A stretch of 64,000 bases of DNA from the human T2T-CHM13v2.0 reference genome, Homo sapiens. The stretch lies in the NCBI RefSeq assembly GCF_009914755.1, contig NC_060935.1; one strand, 5' to 3'. Positions 15,099-28,910 of this stretch are shown piece after piece. Within the stretch, counting starts at the first letter, position 1, and the number at the start of each line of letters is the position of its first letter. The notes beneath the pieces were generated by a model. That model ran no database searches. It had not been told where the DNA came from and worked only from the letters and a program-made list of their open reading frames with translations. The position numbers and the translations under genes were made by a program.

Positions 15099-16346
15099 TT
15101 AAAAAGTGAAATAACTTTTCTGGAGCTGTTGTGGCAAATTGTCTTTAGCTGAACAGTTGTCATGCAAGATGAGTCTGTTGACCAGCAGCTGAAGAGGGAA
15201 TCTACAATAGTTAGGGGCAGAGTGGGGAATACAAGGGAAAATAGGTAATGAGAAATGCAGAGCTCCAAGCTACCAATTATCTGAAAAGGGGGCCCCTCCC
15301 AGCTGAAAAAGCAGGGCCCCTTGTGTCCCTGCTTCACAAGGCAGTGAGAATATCATTGGCTCCAGAAAGCTGAGTATCAAACCACAAAAGAGTAAATAAC
15401 ATCTTCTGCCCATGAGAGGCCTCTCTGTCAGCCACACTTGGCTGTTAGATTTAACCGACCTGTGACCATATCCTGTAGCCCTAATCCCACCCCGTTGTCT
15501 ATCAAATGCAAACTGTCAGTCATCAGGAAGACTAGATAAGAAAGTGTGAACAACAGTGGAATTCTATGTCCACTGGAATTAATAGCATTGCATAAGACAC
15601 AACAAGCTGCATTACTGTTTTAAAGCCAAATCCCAGAAATGAGGACCTCTGCTAGCCGGCATGGTGCCTTTAGGTAATTTTGAGAAAGGTGCCCAGTCTG
15701 GGAAAGTCCCTCAGATGTAGCACCAAGACCAGATACAGAGCTTAATAAATGAAGCAAACTTTCCATTTCAGCCCTCGTTCACCTCTTATTAGTCTGAGTG
15801 TTTTTATGCAGTGCACAAAATACACATCTATATGCAGCAGTCCCAACAGAAAACTACATAATGGAAGAATGGAAAACCCAGCCTGCAGACTACTTATTTC
15901 AAGGAATATTCAATAGTCACTTTATATTTAAATTCCAACACACAGAGGATTCTGGAGTCAAGAGATCAGGATCATATACATGGTGAAACCATAACAGAAT
16001 ATATAATCCTGAGCAAATCACTTCTCTTCTTTGTCTGACCTCAATTTTCTCACCTGCAAATAGAGGAAACTGAACTTGCTGACCTCTGAAGATACTTCCA
16101 GCTCTGGTCTTCAGGTATCTAAGATGAACTGGCACAAAAAGTGTGGAGGGTAGCATTGTTTGCAATGACGACAGTTTTTTAAAAGGATAAAGAAAAAAAT
16201 CCTGACCACCACCCAGATGTTCATCAATAATGGACGGAAGTAAATGATAGTACATTTATGCACTGTAATAATTTGTAATATTTTTTAAATAAACCATTTA
16301 AATCTATAGTTAATGATATAGAGCAATGCCTGATATGTAGTGTTAA

Positions 16347-16647
<301 letters not shown>

Positions 16648-16705
16648 TGTAGTGTTAACGTTTTTAAAAAACAAGCTGTAGAAATATATAAAGAATATGA
16701 TTTAG

Positions 16706-16730
16706 ACACACACACACACGCACACACACA
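16706..16730 (+). repeat. (CA)n microsatellite
   Basis: Interrupted CA run. Confidence 0.9.
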
Positions 16731-16870
16731 GGCTTATTTTTTATTTAAAATGATCGTATAGGGTTAACACAATAAACGATTCACAGTTGTTAGTTTTAAA
16801 AGGTATGATGGAGGGGTGAGGGGTAAGAAGGGAGTCTTTCACTTTTATTTTACATCCTCTGTGACTATTT

Positions 16871-18756
16871 TAGGTTTATCTAAATTTATCTTAAAAGTCG
16901 TAAAACATTTCTTACAAAAGAGCCTTACATTCTGCACACTGCTCTGAACAGATGCCAGGGACATGTGGCCTATTGTTACTCTTCCTCCCTGTCTCACCCC
17001 TCAAATGTTACAGTGACCACAAAGTAAGGTGTTCACAAAAATTACATAGAGGAACATTTTTTTAAACCAGTAACAATGAACACAAAAAAAAAATCCGCTC
17101 ATTCTACTGCTGTTTCAAAATTTCAACATTAGTTTTTGCAAGCCCTTCCCTACACCCCCAACCCTGTTTGTAAGGAACTAAAACCTTACATCTGGTGAAC
17201 AGCAAAGGTTTCACTACACCTCAGATGCAAAACACCTGTGAAGCAGAGGCATGATGGCTTTTTAAACAGAAGCAAATGTAAAAAAAAAAAAAGATGCAGG
17301 ACTCCTTCAGTCCTTCACTAGCATTAGTAAAAACTTTCCGGAAAACTGCTTCATACTGTTCTGCAGCAAATACTGTGCATTCTATATCTGGTCCTATGTT
17401 CCTATAATGATAATGATCTGATCTTCACCTCCTTCTAAAGGCTCATCAACTTTAGTTGAAGCTCCAACTCATGATGGATTTGTTTGATTCACTGACCACC
17501 TTTGCCAATAATAGATCCAACCAAATATTTGGGAATAGTTCCTTGTGTAGTAATAATAGGTCCACCATATGAGCCACTGTCCGCTGCATAGGAATAATTA
17601 TATCTGGAGCCACTCTGTGGTTCATAAGCCATCAGCCATTCTGATGCACTCCATGTATCTATTGCAGAGTCCCAAGTTTCATCAGCACTGAAGCCAGCCA
17701 TGCCATGTAACCATCTCCAGGTCTTCCTCTTCTGTCATAGGCCCTTATGTCTCCTACCCTCTGTAGTGGTAGTGGAGAAAGAGGAAGATTCTCAGCTTTG
17801 CTACCACCCCAGGCACCTTGTCCAAAAGAAGGAGGAGGTGGTCCTCAACAAGGACTCATGTCATCATAATCTCTTCCAGATGGCCACATGGAACACCCAC
17901 CCTGACTGGTAGACATTCTGTCAAAACCACCTCTTCCCTGCCTGGGAAACCCCACCAGGCATCCATGGTGGTCATCAGACAACATTGTAAAACCACCATA
18001 ATATAATGGTGTTACATCATGTAATGTAATAGGTTACATCATGAAAATTGGGATTATAAGTCTGTGCACATCCTCTGTAGGAGACTCAGATATAAGATCA
18101 AGGATAATTTTATGCACTCTACAACTCCATAGTCTTTCTCCAATAAGAACAACTCCGTCAGTGGAATGAGGACAGCATTCCCGGAAAAGCTTGATTGTTG
18201 TTTGAGTGTTCCCTTGAAGCTCTTTGATTTTAGCATCTTTGACCTCAATAATTCCTCCTGCCAGACTCTGATGAGTCAACAGCCTCAATTCGCAATCAAA
18301 GTTGCTTCCTTTATAATGGTGGTACTCTTCCAAGGTAGGGATGATTTTCTTCAGAGTTTCTCCAACTGTTTCAATATCAGCACTGATACTCAGCATGCAC
18401 TTGGGGCCATTGCCCTCTGGGGCTAGAACCCTGGCTCTGTAGTCTATACAGAAAGCCTTAATATTCTTATCTCCTTTTCCAATCACTGTCCAAGCATTCT
18501 TGCTCTGAAACACAACGCATAATTCAACCATCAGTGTTTCTAGATCTTTTAAATGCTTGTTCTTCTTCCATATATTCTGCAAGGCATTTACCAAATTCAC
18601 CACTGGTTTCAGTGCTAGGGAAGGTTTTCTCTAGCTGTTCAGTTTCCATTTCTTGAATCAGTGTGAAATGGATACACCAATCTATAGGCATGTGGGGGAA
18701 ATGTGGGACACAGGCAAGATGTCGAGGTCGGTGCAACAGAGAAACAGGATAATGAC
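16871..18756 (-). pseudogene. Processed pseudogene of HNRNPK (hnRNP K), near full length with 5'UTR, CDS and 3'UTR; possibly HNRNPKP3 (locus identity unverified)
   Basis: ATG at 18649 begins [21 protein letters not shown]...AFKRSRNTD (parent [23 protein letters not shown]). KH1/KH2 homology lies in ORF 18034-18603, and [13 protein letters not shown]...GSIIGKGGQ (KH3) in ORF 17489-17701. It is intronless with frameshifts and stops. TSD TCCTCTGTGACT[A/T]TTT at 16855-16870 and 18757-18772. Confidence 0.97.
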
Positions 18757-20035
18757 TCCTCTGTGACTTTTTGAATTTTATCATAAGCATTAATCACACT
18801 GGGGATAAAAGTAGACAATAAAATGTTTTAAGTTAGGTAGTCAACAATTAAGATCAAAATATAGAGGAGGGATTGCTAACTCTGAAAACTTCATGCCATT
18901 ATTTAGATATTTTCTTATTCCAGGGTCTGCAGCATTGCCAGAAGCACATCCACTGGGGTCAAGTTTATGACTCAGTTTCCTAAAATGCTCTCACCTCCAG
19001 GTTCCAGCTCAGTGCCATCCTCCTCAGCTTCTCCCTGTGGAAGATGAGGCACCTCACAGTATCCTGATTTTACCTCTCTTTGAAATAGCTTGAGGATTTC
19101 TCCAAAATAATGGCTCTTTCTTCTAGATATTAATTAAGAAGGCCAGTTGCTGTTTAACTTAGAATCACAAGGTCCAAACTGAAAAGCCTAACTTCTCTAA
19201 CTCCACAGAGAGCAATAAAATCCTCTCTGCAGAGACTTAATATAAGCAAAGAAAATTCGTCTGGAAAGGTGAGGCCCATCAGTCAGCAGGAAGCTACAAA
19301 TCCCACGGCTGGTGCAACTCGATTATTGACCTCCACTGTAATCGTATCTGTTTTCTGTTGAGAATGAACTAAATTCCGTCAGGCTGGGCTCTCAGGGTCT
19401 CTGTTCACTCCCAGTTCATGATGCAGTGACCTGCGCTGAAGTCTCCCAGGGTAAATCTATTTTTTAATCATCTCCTCCATCCTGCTTTCCCTGTCTCTTA
19501 AATGGGAGATGCCTATCCTTACCACTGCTGCTTTTATAATTGAGAAGAAATCAATCAGGAATGACCAAAACACAATGTGTCTATAAAATACAACAAAATA
19601 ATCACAGCTATTACAATGTTTAAAATCCACCAGGGCCTTCAAATCACTTGGGAAAGCATTTTATATGTGAATATAAATCACACCATCTGCTGCTCTCCCC
19701 TAATGTTTAAATCAGATCACTGCCAAATCCAAGCATCAAAGAAAGAAGAAAAATGAGACCATTTTTTTTTTTTGCTTTCTCATACCTTTGGGCCTCTTCA
19801 CCTCATTGCACCTCCCTTTGTCCTTCTAAGATGTAGGTTTTCCCCAAGGATGTTCATTGAGATCAACTTCACAAGTGATTGGCTTTCAAAAAAGTAAATG
19901 TATAATCTCCAACATAGACACCCACAAAAACTAATCCTTGAAGGCACCCTCCCAATGTTGAAAAGAATGGGATTTGGATTGAAAAGAATGGGATTTGCAG
20001 GGGGAAAAAAGAATTTTTGAAAAGTAATCAAACTA

Positions 20036-20320
20036 GGCTGGGCTCAGTGGCTCACGCCTGTAATCCCAAAACTTTGGGAGGTTGAGTCAGGTGGATCACA
20101 TGAGATTGGGAGTTGAGACCAGCCTCGCCAACATGGTGAAACCCCGTCTTTACTAAACAAATACAAAAATTAGCCAAGCATAGTGGTGCACGCCTGTAGT
20201 CCAAGCTACTTAGGAGGCTGAGGCTGGAGGATCACTTGAACCTGGGAGGCAGAGGTTGCAATGAGCTGAGATTGTGCCACTGCACTCCAGCCTGGGTGAC
20301 AGAGTAAGACCATGTCTCAA
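20036..20320 (+). mobile_element. Alu (S/J)
   Basis: Dimeric Alu whose tail expanded into a GAAA repeat. Confidence 0.95.
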
Positions 20321-20496
20321 GAAAGAAAAAGCAAGCAAGCAAACAAGCAAGCAAGAAAGAAAGAAAGAGGGAGGGAAAGAAGGAAGGAAGGAAAGAAGGA
20401 GAGAGAGAGACAAAAGAAAGAAAGAAAAAGAAAGAAAGAGAAAGAAAGAAAGAGAGAGAGAAAGAAAGAGAGAGAAAGAGAGAAAGAAAGAAAGAA

Positions 20497-20540
<44 letters not shown>

Positions 20541-20600
20541 AGGAAAGAAAGAAAGAGAGAAGGAAGGAAAGAAAGAAAGAGAGAAAGAAAGAAAGAAAGA
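20321..20600 (+). repeat. Compound (GAAA)n/(GAAG)n/(GA)n polypurine microsatellite
   Basis: About 280 bp, almost all purine. Confidence 0.97.
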
Positions 20601-21279
20601 CAGTCTTGGTCCTCAGAGGGCTCACCAACTGTAAGAGATGCTTTCCTCTCAATTCCTTTCTTGCTCAGGGAAATACTAAGACACACCTAGATTGGGGATG
20701 TTAACCTCTCATCAGCTTCCAGGTCACAAACACAGCTGAATCACGTGCACAAGGGAGGTTCAGAAAGCAAGAAAAGATTTTCTGAGGAATACGGAGGCCA
20801 ACCCTGAAATGCAAAACCACATTACACCAATTATTCCTGATCCAGGCTGAGGTGTCTGGATACAGTGGATAATTAGAGGCTGCCCCAGTCTTTGCACCGA
20901 CATGACTGGTGCTATTTAATGTAATTACATTACAGTAAAATGATGAGTTTTCCCATAATTGGTAGTTACAACATAATTGTGACTACACAGAATATTAACA
21001 CCCTAATTGCTGGAGCCTTCTATTCATGTCAATGAATGTTTCCATTCTCTCTGGGCAGTAAAGTGAGAGAATTAGAATTTTCTGGAATAGCCCCTCACAT
21101 CCATCCTCTTTTTTTCATACATCAATCCCCTTAGATCTTTTAAAGAATCTCACTTTTACGGTAAGCCTCAAGGACACAATTTCTTTTTCTCCTCTTACTT
21201 TCCACCTTCCTTCCCTAATACAATCAGCTCTGCAAACCAGAAAGCATGGGACAGATTCATTTCATTGACAAGCACAGTA

Positions 21280-21450
21280 TTCTAGAGAGTGCTAAGCTCA
21301 GAAAAAGGCAGGCCTGTGCAAATCCTGGCTTGCCTGCTTTATTTCTGTGTGACCTTGGCAAGTCACTTAACCTTGCCAAGTCTTAGTTTCCTCATCTGTA
21401 AAGTGAAGATTAATACCACCCGCTTCATGGTACTAATGTAGCATGTAAAA
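21280..21450 (+). mobile_element. MIR
   Basis: tgtgtgaccttggcaagtcacttaacct...agtttcctcatctgtaaa core. Confidence 0.8.
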
Positions 21451-21460
21451 TAAGCACTTA

Positions 21461-21761
21461 AGTCCAGATGCGGTGGCCCATGCCTGCAACCTCACCACTT
21501 AGAGAGGCCATGGCGGGTGGATCACTTGAGCCCAGGAGTTCGAGACCACCCTGGGCAGCATAGTGAAACCCCATCTCTACAAAATATATATTTTTAAATT
21601 ATCCAGTCATGGTGGCACACACCTGCAGCCTCAGCTACTCAAGAGGTTGAGGCAGAAAGAACTCTTAGGCCTGGGAATTCAAGGTTGCAGTGAGCTATGA
21701 TCATGCCACTGTGCTCCAGCCTGGGTGACAGCAAGACCCTCTCTCTATAAATAAATAAAAT
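21461..21761 (+). mobile_element. AluJ
   Basis: Diverged dimer with gagctatgatcatgccact. Confidence 0.92.
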
Positions 21762-21984
21762 AAGGGTATAAGTAATGTTAGTTGAATTTGAGAGTATCTT
21801 ACTAACAAAAATTATAGGATATTGTTCCCAGGGTTATTTCTGTTTTTAAGGGGAATACGGATACTTTGAATTAAATCAACCAACATCATTATTCAACAGG
21901 TAGGTAAAGTATTTAAGGAAGTAGAAGAAGTTCTTCCAAAACTCATTGTCATACATAATAATGTCTGGCCACTTAAGACACAGA

Positions 21985-22185
21985 TTAGCATGATGATTTA
22001 ATGCAATACCCAAAATCCAGATGGCCCAGGTCTAGATCCCAGTCTGCCACTTTCTACCTGTGTGGCATTGGGCAAGCAAATTTACCTATCTGTGTTATTA
22101 TCTCCATCTATGAAACCAAAATGTTGTTAATTGTACTAAACTCGTAGGGTTGTTATAAGGATCAAGTAAGTTGAAATACGTAAAG
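21985..22185 (+). mobile_element. MIR
   Basis: cccagtctgccactt..ctgtgtggcattgggcaag core. Confidence 0.7.
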
Positions 22186-22615
22186 CCAGCTCCTCCTACC
22201 ACCCCCAGCCAACCAAACACTTTCTAAGGATTGAGACTATATATGTGTGATTAAGTCCTCTTCAATGGTAGGAGCTGTAAGACGTAAAACTTAGCACTGT
22301 TGATAGCAATTATTCCCCTCCATATGAAAAATAGAACAAAAGAAAAAAGAAAAAACAGCAGTCTTCAGTGAGAAAGAATGCAGGAGACACAGTGGAAAAC
22401 AAAGAAAGAGCTGGTGATATTCCAGAGCTTGTTCTAGTTTGTCCTGCATCCCAGATTTCTATGATTTAGTTACCCAACCTCCCTTAGAGACTATGAGCTG
22501 ATAAATTCTCCTTTCTGACAAGTTGTATTTTCATCTCTTGCAACCAAAAGAGTTCTGACTGATGCGTCCCTAAATTTTGGGGAGAAGCATACTGACATCC
22601 TTGAAAATTGAAGTA

Positions 22616-22960
<345 letters not shown>

Positions 22961-24479
22961 TCACCAAAAACCTTCTCAACTGCTTTTACAACAGGAAAAA
23001 AGAGAAGGGCTATGTGTATAGTGAATATCGCAGGGAAGAGGAACAGTCCCAGTCTTTGGGCTAGACACCTTCCTCTACCACTGCCTTGTTAGACACTTGA
23101 GCAGGTCCTTTAGCTGCTTTAAATCAGAATTTCTCCCCCTCCTTTTTTTTTTAAATAAAAGGATTGAATTACAAGACTTCTAGGACCCTTTAAGCCTGAA
23201 AATCCTAGCTTTCAGTTTCATTTCTCAAAGTCAATTAATTGCATCTGAGCTGTCAAGATTCATTGGTATTTGTCTAGCAGGAGTTTGTTTTCAAAACTCC
23301 TTCCTATTCTCCTTTTTTTTCAGTCTGGAAGCTTCTGTTAGCATTTGAGCCAATCTCATCGTTTCTTCAATTAAATCCAACACTTCTTGGAAACTGGCTG
23401 GAAGGCTACAGCCTGGATGGCAGAGAAGGGATTAACAAGAGTTGCTCATTAGCACGATACGGCTAATGAAGAAACTGTGTGGCGATCGCTTCTCTGGAGA
23501 GGAGTTTAACCTTGGGAAGGATTTCACTGGTGGCGGCTGAGGACACTGATGCCTTTGAGAAGGGGTTGCAGAAATTAGCCTAGGGTTGCACTCACTAAGA
23601 GAGAGAGAGCCTTAAGTAAAGGCACTTGGAATTTGTTCAGGCCAATCTGTAGGGAGCAGATGTCGCCAGGAGCTTGGGGCTGGGATGTGAGCCAAGGTCG
23701 AAGAAGGAGTCAGGAAAACCCTAGTGACAGATCAGCGGAGCCAGCGGCCATGCCTGTTATAGAATGAAATGCTGGCTTCCAATGTTTGCAGCCAGCTTTG
23801 CTGTATCTGAGAAGAGTTGGAAGGAAGATGAAAAGATGAAAAACGCCTGCCAAGCAGATAGCAGTCTTGCCTGCCACGTCTGAAATGGCATGTTTAATCA
23901 CAGTGGCACACTTTCTCTTGCCTACTAATGACAGAAGGAAGTTCCTAATGAAGTTATTGCTCTGCTGACTGAATTAATGATTTCCAGTTACAGGGCTTGT
24001 AAACACACCATGTTACACATGCACGTGTTAATTGAGGCTTCACTTTAGAGACACTGACTCCACAGATAACTCATCACAGGTAGCAAAGTACCAAGAGAAA
24101 GCAGGGCTAACCAAGGGGAATGGGCTGTGGTTGCTTGGAACACTCAGGGCCTGATAAGTATTTGTGAATTAGGGAAAGGGGAAAGGGAGAGAAGTGGATG
24201 ACACCTATCTAAAGATGAGAAAGAGGGCACCAGAGAGCAGATAAAGCAATCCGTATCCCTGACCTGTGCCTCTGCCATCCCCTATATCCAACTTCATACT
24301 CCATTCCTACAGCATTCATTCTTCCCACCTTCAAGCCCACTCACTGCAAATCCCTAATTTAGACGTTGCACTGAACATATTTGCCCAATGGTGAGCCTGA
24401 TAATATGGCCAAATATGCTGGAGAAAGAAGGAGAAAGAAATTGTTTTTTTCTTTTCCAAACGTGTTTTTTAAAGCCATC

Positions 24480-24900
24480 AGAAGGACATGCGTCTTTTAA
24501 GGTGGCAAGCTCACCTGTGGCGTCACGGGGTCCACAGCAAGGAGGACACAGAGAAGCCAATCTCGGAGGCCACAGGCTGCGTCCCACTTCCTGTGGCTGC
24601 GCTGCTGCCATCTGCATCTGAGTCGGTCAGGGACTGAGAGCACAGCAGGCCGGGGAGCGAGCGGCTGCCAAATTACAGAGCAAGGAGCACTTAGGATGGT
24701 GGGAGGGGGAGGAAAGGAGGAAGCTAACTAATAGCTTGCAAGCGTGTCTTCTAAAAAGTGTGTTAACCAAACAAGCTGCCATCCCTTAATCCCTCCCACT
24801 CCTGCCTGAATGTACACTAATTGAAAATTAAGTTTTCAATTTGAAGCCATTTTCTAATTCTGTCTCATTCAGGAGCAGTTAGAGCGCCGGTGTTTTGCTG
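24480..24900 (-). promoter_or_regulatory. Candidate weak promoter / first exon (CpG-enriched unique DNA)
   Basis: Local CpG and GC rise, GGGAGGGG box at ~24701, CGTCA half-CRE at 24521, minus-strand donor CAG|GTGAGC at 24515/24514. Confidence 0.35.
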
Positions 24901-25344
24901 AATTCCCAGCGTGCTTTTCATGAGCTCCCTCAGAAAGCCAACAAAAGAGTCTTGTCAACATGTTTCTGACAGCAGCAGGAAAAAGGGTTTGTGTAGAAGG
25001 AGAGGGTCATCTTGGGAGCCAAAGAAAGCAAGGCCAGACCAGGCTACAGATCCTGCAGATCTTGACTGGACATAGAAGACATTTATTTCCTCCTTCCTTT
25101 TCCCATCTCTTCTTTCCCCAGTTAAACCGTAGTTACAGCCTGGTCAGAAGGGAATCCTCTCACTCGTCACTGACCTGTGCCCAGCACATTTGGAAAACCT
25201 CGCCAATAACACCAGAAGCTCCTTGTGGGCAGGCACTCTGTCGTATACAGACAGGCTTTGATTTCCAGGGGTAATTGACTACCGTGAATGAACTTACTTA
25301 AAAGGAGAGGAAAACGTCATAGAAAATAGAGAAAACGAGGTTTA

Positions 25345-25742
<398 letters not shown>

Positions 25743-26999
25743 TAAAACCTGAAGTGAAAAGTTATAAAAATTGATTTAAACTTATAAATAACAAGCTGTA
25801 GGTCATTACTATTCCAGAATAAAGAATAAATCATGCATTGATTCCTTTAGCATAATTTTTTCACAAAATTGTGTGATTGCACAATAGGGTATTCTTTATT
25901 TCATATTTAACGCTCTCAGTGAGAACAAATAAGAGAGTCATTTTTGAAAAATACTTAAAGGCTTCCTCATTTTGCCGAAGAGACTCCCTTAGGCATTTGA
26001 TATTTTAATCATTTTCTCTCAAAGAAGTTCAGGCATCCTCATCCTTATCTGCTTCAATTTATAAGGGTTCTTCTGATTCCTGTTTTGCCAATGGTTCAGA
26101 CCATCCTCCAATATCAATTCCCTCGACTTCATGAAATCCTACACCTTTTGCAATATTTTCAGTTTCACTTTGCAATTGATTGCCATTGAATTTGCACTGC
26201 ATTTGTTAGACATTCATCTTTCATCAAACATCAAGAGCCTGACACCCACTCACAAAGACCCTGAGTCATGGAAGGATGTGTCCTGGAGAACTGTTGGAAA
26301 AGGTGAGTTTGTTAGTGGGTATTGTCATTTGCGAAGCTTTTCCTATGCAATTTCATAGAGCCCCTGTGATTTGTTGAGTAACCCAGATATCTGTCACAGG
26401 TTGCTACCAAGTCGTGATTTCAAAATAATCTAATTCTAATTAATGGGCTCCTGGAAAGGGGAAAGAAGGAGGCTTTGTTTGGGAACTTAATTAATGAAGT
26501 ATTTCCAAACATCATGATAAATTATGACAAATGACATGACCACTACCCCCTTCTTAATATTTGTGATGAACAAGAATCTCATATGCTTTGATTTAAATGT
26601 AAGTCTGAAAATGCAAATCTTATTATGAATTGGAACTTGGGTGGCATAAACTTGAGTGAATGTTAGAGAAACAAATCTCAGGAACAGAATGAAATGGGCA
26701 AATAATATGCATGAATTTGCCCGGGGCTTGGGGAATGGAGGAGAAGAAGTGCAGTAGATTAAGGAAGCTTCAGATGGCAAATAGAAGTAAAACAATTTGA
26801 GGAAACTTTAAGCCCAAGTTGGAGAAAAAAAGGAAAGGACAGATTCAAGGAGTTACAATGTCATTTCTTATTTCTGGGAAGGGCCTAGAACACCAGCTAT
26901 CAGAAGTGCTATTCGCTAGACAAAATCAATGGCTCATGGTTTCAGGGCTTATAGAGAATGTAATTTCAACAAAGAACTTGAGTAGTTACACTTGGTTCT

Positions 27000-27245
27000 C
27001 CCCCAAATGACTGTGATTCAAAGTCTGGCTCAACTGTGTGGCCACAGGAAGTAACCTAACTTCTCTGAGCTTCTGCTCCTCACTAATAAAACGGCATGTC
27101 ACTCATTATTTCAAGGTATTTTTGAAGGTTAAAACTTATGTCTTTGTTATTATTACATATACTATGGACAATTTGGCACATACTAGTCATTTGCTAAGAG
27201 GCAGTTATGATGATGATGATGATTGATGATGATGATGATGATGAC
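27000..27245 (+). mobile_element. MIR ending in (GAT)n
   Basis: ctgtgtggccacaggaagtaacctaacttctctgagc core; (GAT)n at 27208-27245. Confidence 0.7.
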
Positions 27246-27682
27246 AGGGACAGGGCTAAGGTGTAGCAAGCCAACCTGAGTTCAGATAGGGTGGAACTGG
27301 GTTAGGCTGAGCCAACAACATTTACTAATCCCAGATGTTGTCACAAAGTAGACTTCGTCCTCCATACAAATGACTGAGGAGCAAGCACTAAGAAGTGGGC
27401 TGCTGCAGTGAAGTGCAGAGGAAACTTAGCAGTCCGAAGTTGAGGTAAAGCAAAGAGAAATGCTTCAGGCCTGCACACACTCTCAGGGGTGGCCAGTGAT
27501 GATGAAGGGACAGCTTCCCCTGGGTGTGCATGGACAGTCTCAGCCCAGGAACCCGTCAATGTGTACGGGGAAAACTTTTCATTCTTGGCATTGTAAGATA
27601 AATGGCAGAAAATATATATATATAATTGCAGTACTGAATCATGGGGAAGGCAGGGAGTTTGGGAGGTAAATTCCTGGCTCCC

Positions 27683-28058
27683 TGATATGGTTTGGCTGTG
27701 TTCCTACTCAAATGTCATCTTGAATTGTAGTTCCCATAATCCCCATATGTCATGGGAGTGACTCAGTGGAAGGTAGTTTAATCATGGGGCAGTTACCTCC
27801 ATGCTGTTCTCATGGTAGTGAGTGAGTTCTCTTGAGATCTGATGGTTTTATAAGGGACTTCGCCCCCTTTTGCTTATTCTTCTTCTCCTTGCTGCCACCA
27901 TGTGAAGAAGGACATGTTTGCTTCCCCTTCTGCCATGATTGTAAGTTTCCTGAGGCCTCTCAGCCATGTTGAACTGTGAGTCAATTAAACCTCTTTCCTT
28001 TATAAATTACCCAGTCTCAGGTATGTCTTTATTAGCAGCTTGAGAAGGGACTAATACA
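27683..28058 (+). mobile_element. THE1 solo LTR (MaLR)
   Basis: tgatatggtttggctgtg...gactaataca, 376 bp, perfect 5-bp TSD ctccc. Confidence 0.95.
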
Positions 28059-28096
28059 CTCCCTGAACATGTTAATGGTAACAGCAATCTAATACT

Positions 28097-28276
28097 TTCA
28101 TCTTTTGTTTTTTTTGTTTGTTTGTTTGTTTGTTTGTTTGTCTTTTTCCTTTTTCTGGAGAACGGGGTCTCGCTATATTGCCCAGGCAGATCTCGAACTC
28201 CTGGGCTCAAGCTATCCTCCAGCCTCTTGCCTCCCTGAGAGCTGGGATTACAGGTGTGAGCCACCGCGCCCAGCCG
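28097..28276 (-). mobile_element. Alu monomer (FLAM_C-like)
   Basis: Left arm only with (TTTG)n tail; TSD agcaatctaatact. Confidence 0.88.
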
Positions 28277-28819
28277 AAGCAATCTAATACTCTCATCCAG
28301 GGCACTTGGCTCAGGTCAGGCACCCTGGAATCAGAGCCTGAGGCAGGAATTCAGATGCACTTGACTTATTGAGGCTGTGCTCTCAGGAGAGCTCAGGCAA
28401 GGAGAAAGAGCTAAGCAAGGATGTGGTCCCAGATAAAGTCCAGCCTTGGCCAGTTTGAAGGGGAAATCAAACTCTCAGACATCTCCAACAGGGCGGCTCC
28501 CATGGGCCACCTTTTCCACAGAAGATCACTGGTGTGAGTTATCAGCCATGGCTAGGAATGGGTGCACCAGCTGGTAAGGGGATTTGGAAAGGGCATAAGC
28601 AATTTCTACTCCAACACTATTTTAGGTGCTTTATGTATATTAATTCATGATGCTCCTCTGAGGTTCTCCTTTGATTTATAGAGGAAGAAGCTGAAGCCCA
28701 GATACTCCAAGTAACTTGCTCTAAGTCATTCAGTGACAGAGCCAGGATTTGTACTGCAGCACTCTGGCTCTAGAACCCACACACCAGGCCACTGTACTGC
28801 CTTTTGAGATATTGTTATG

Positions 28820-28903
28820 GAGCAAAGCATGGTGGCTCATGCCTGTAATCCCAGCACTTTGGGAGGCACAAGGCAGAAGAATTGCTTGAGGCCAGGAGTT
28901 CAA
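28820..28903 (+). mobile_element. Tailless 5' Alu fragment
   Basis: About 84 nt of left arm between 14-bp direct repeats gagatattgttatg. Confidence 0.85.
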
Positions 28904-28910
28904 GAGATAT

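Noticed and set aside
18011-18043. Duplicated GTTACATCATG inside the pseudogene
   Set aside because: Small post-insertion duplication, a decay lesion only.
18034-18603. 189-aa ORF with hnRNP K KH1-KH2 homology as a functional retrogene
   Set aside because: A 5-nt deletion uncouples it from the true ATG. Both KH GXXG loops are broken (GKGD, EVKD), there is a frameshift late in KH2, and KH3 has a stop after GKGGQ. This pattern fits neutral decay.
19958-19997. Direct repeat TTGAAAAGAATGGGATTTG x2
   Set aside because: Simple 21-bp-period tandem duplication from slippage; no further structure.
20210-20704. Long K/R/E-rich and F/L/S-rich ORFs
   Set aside because: Translations of the GAAA microsatellite plus Alu.
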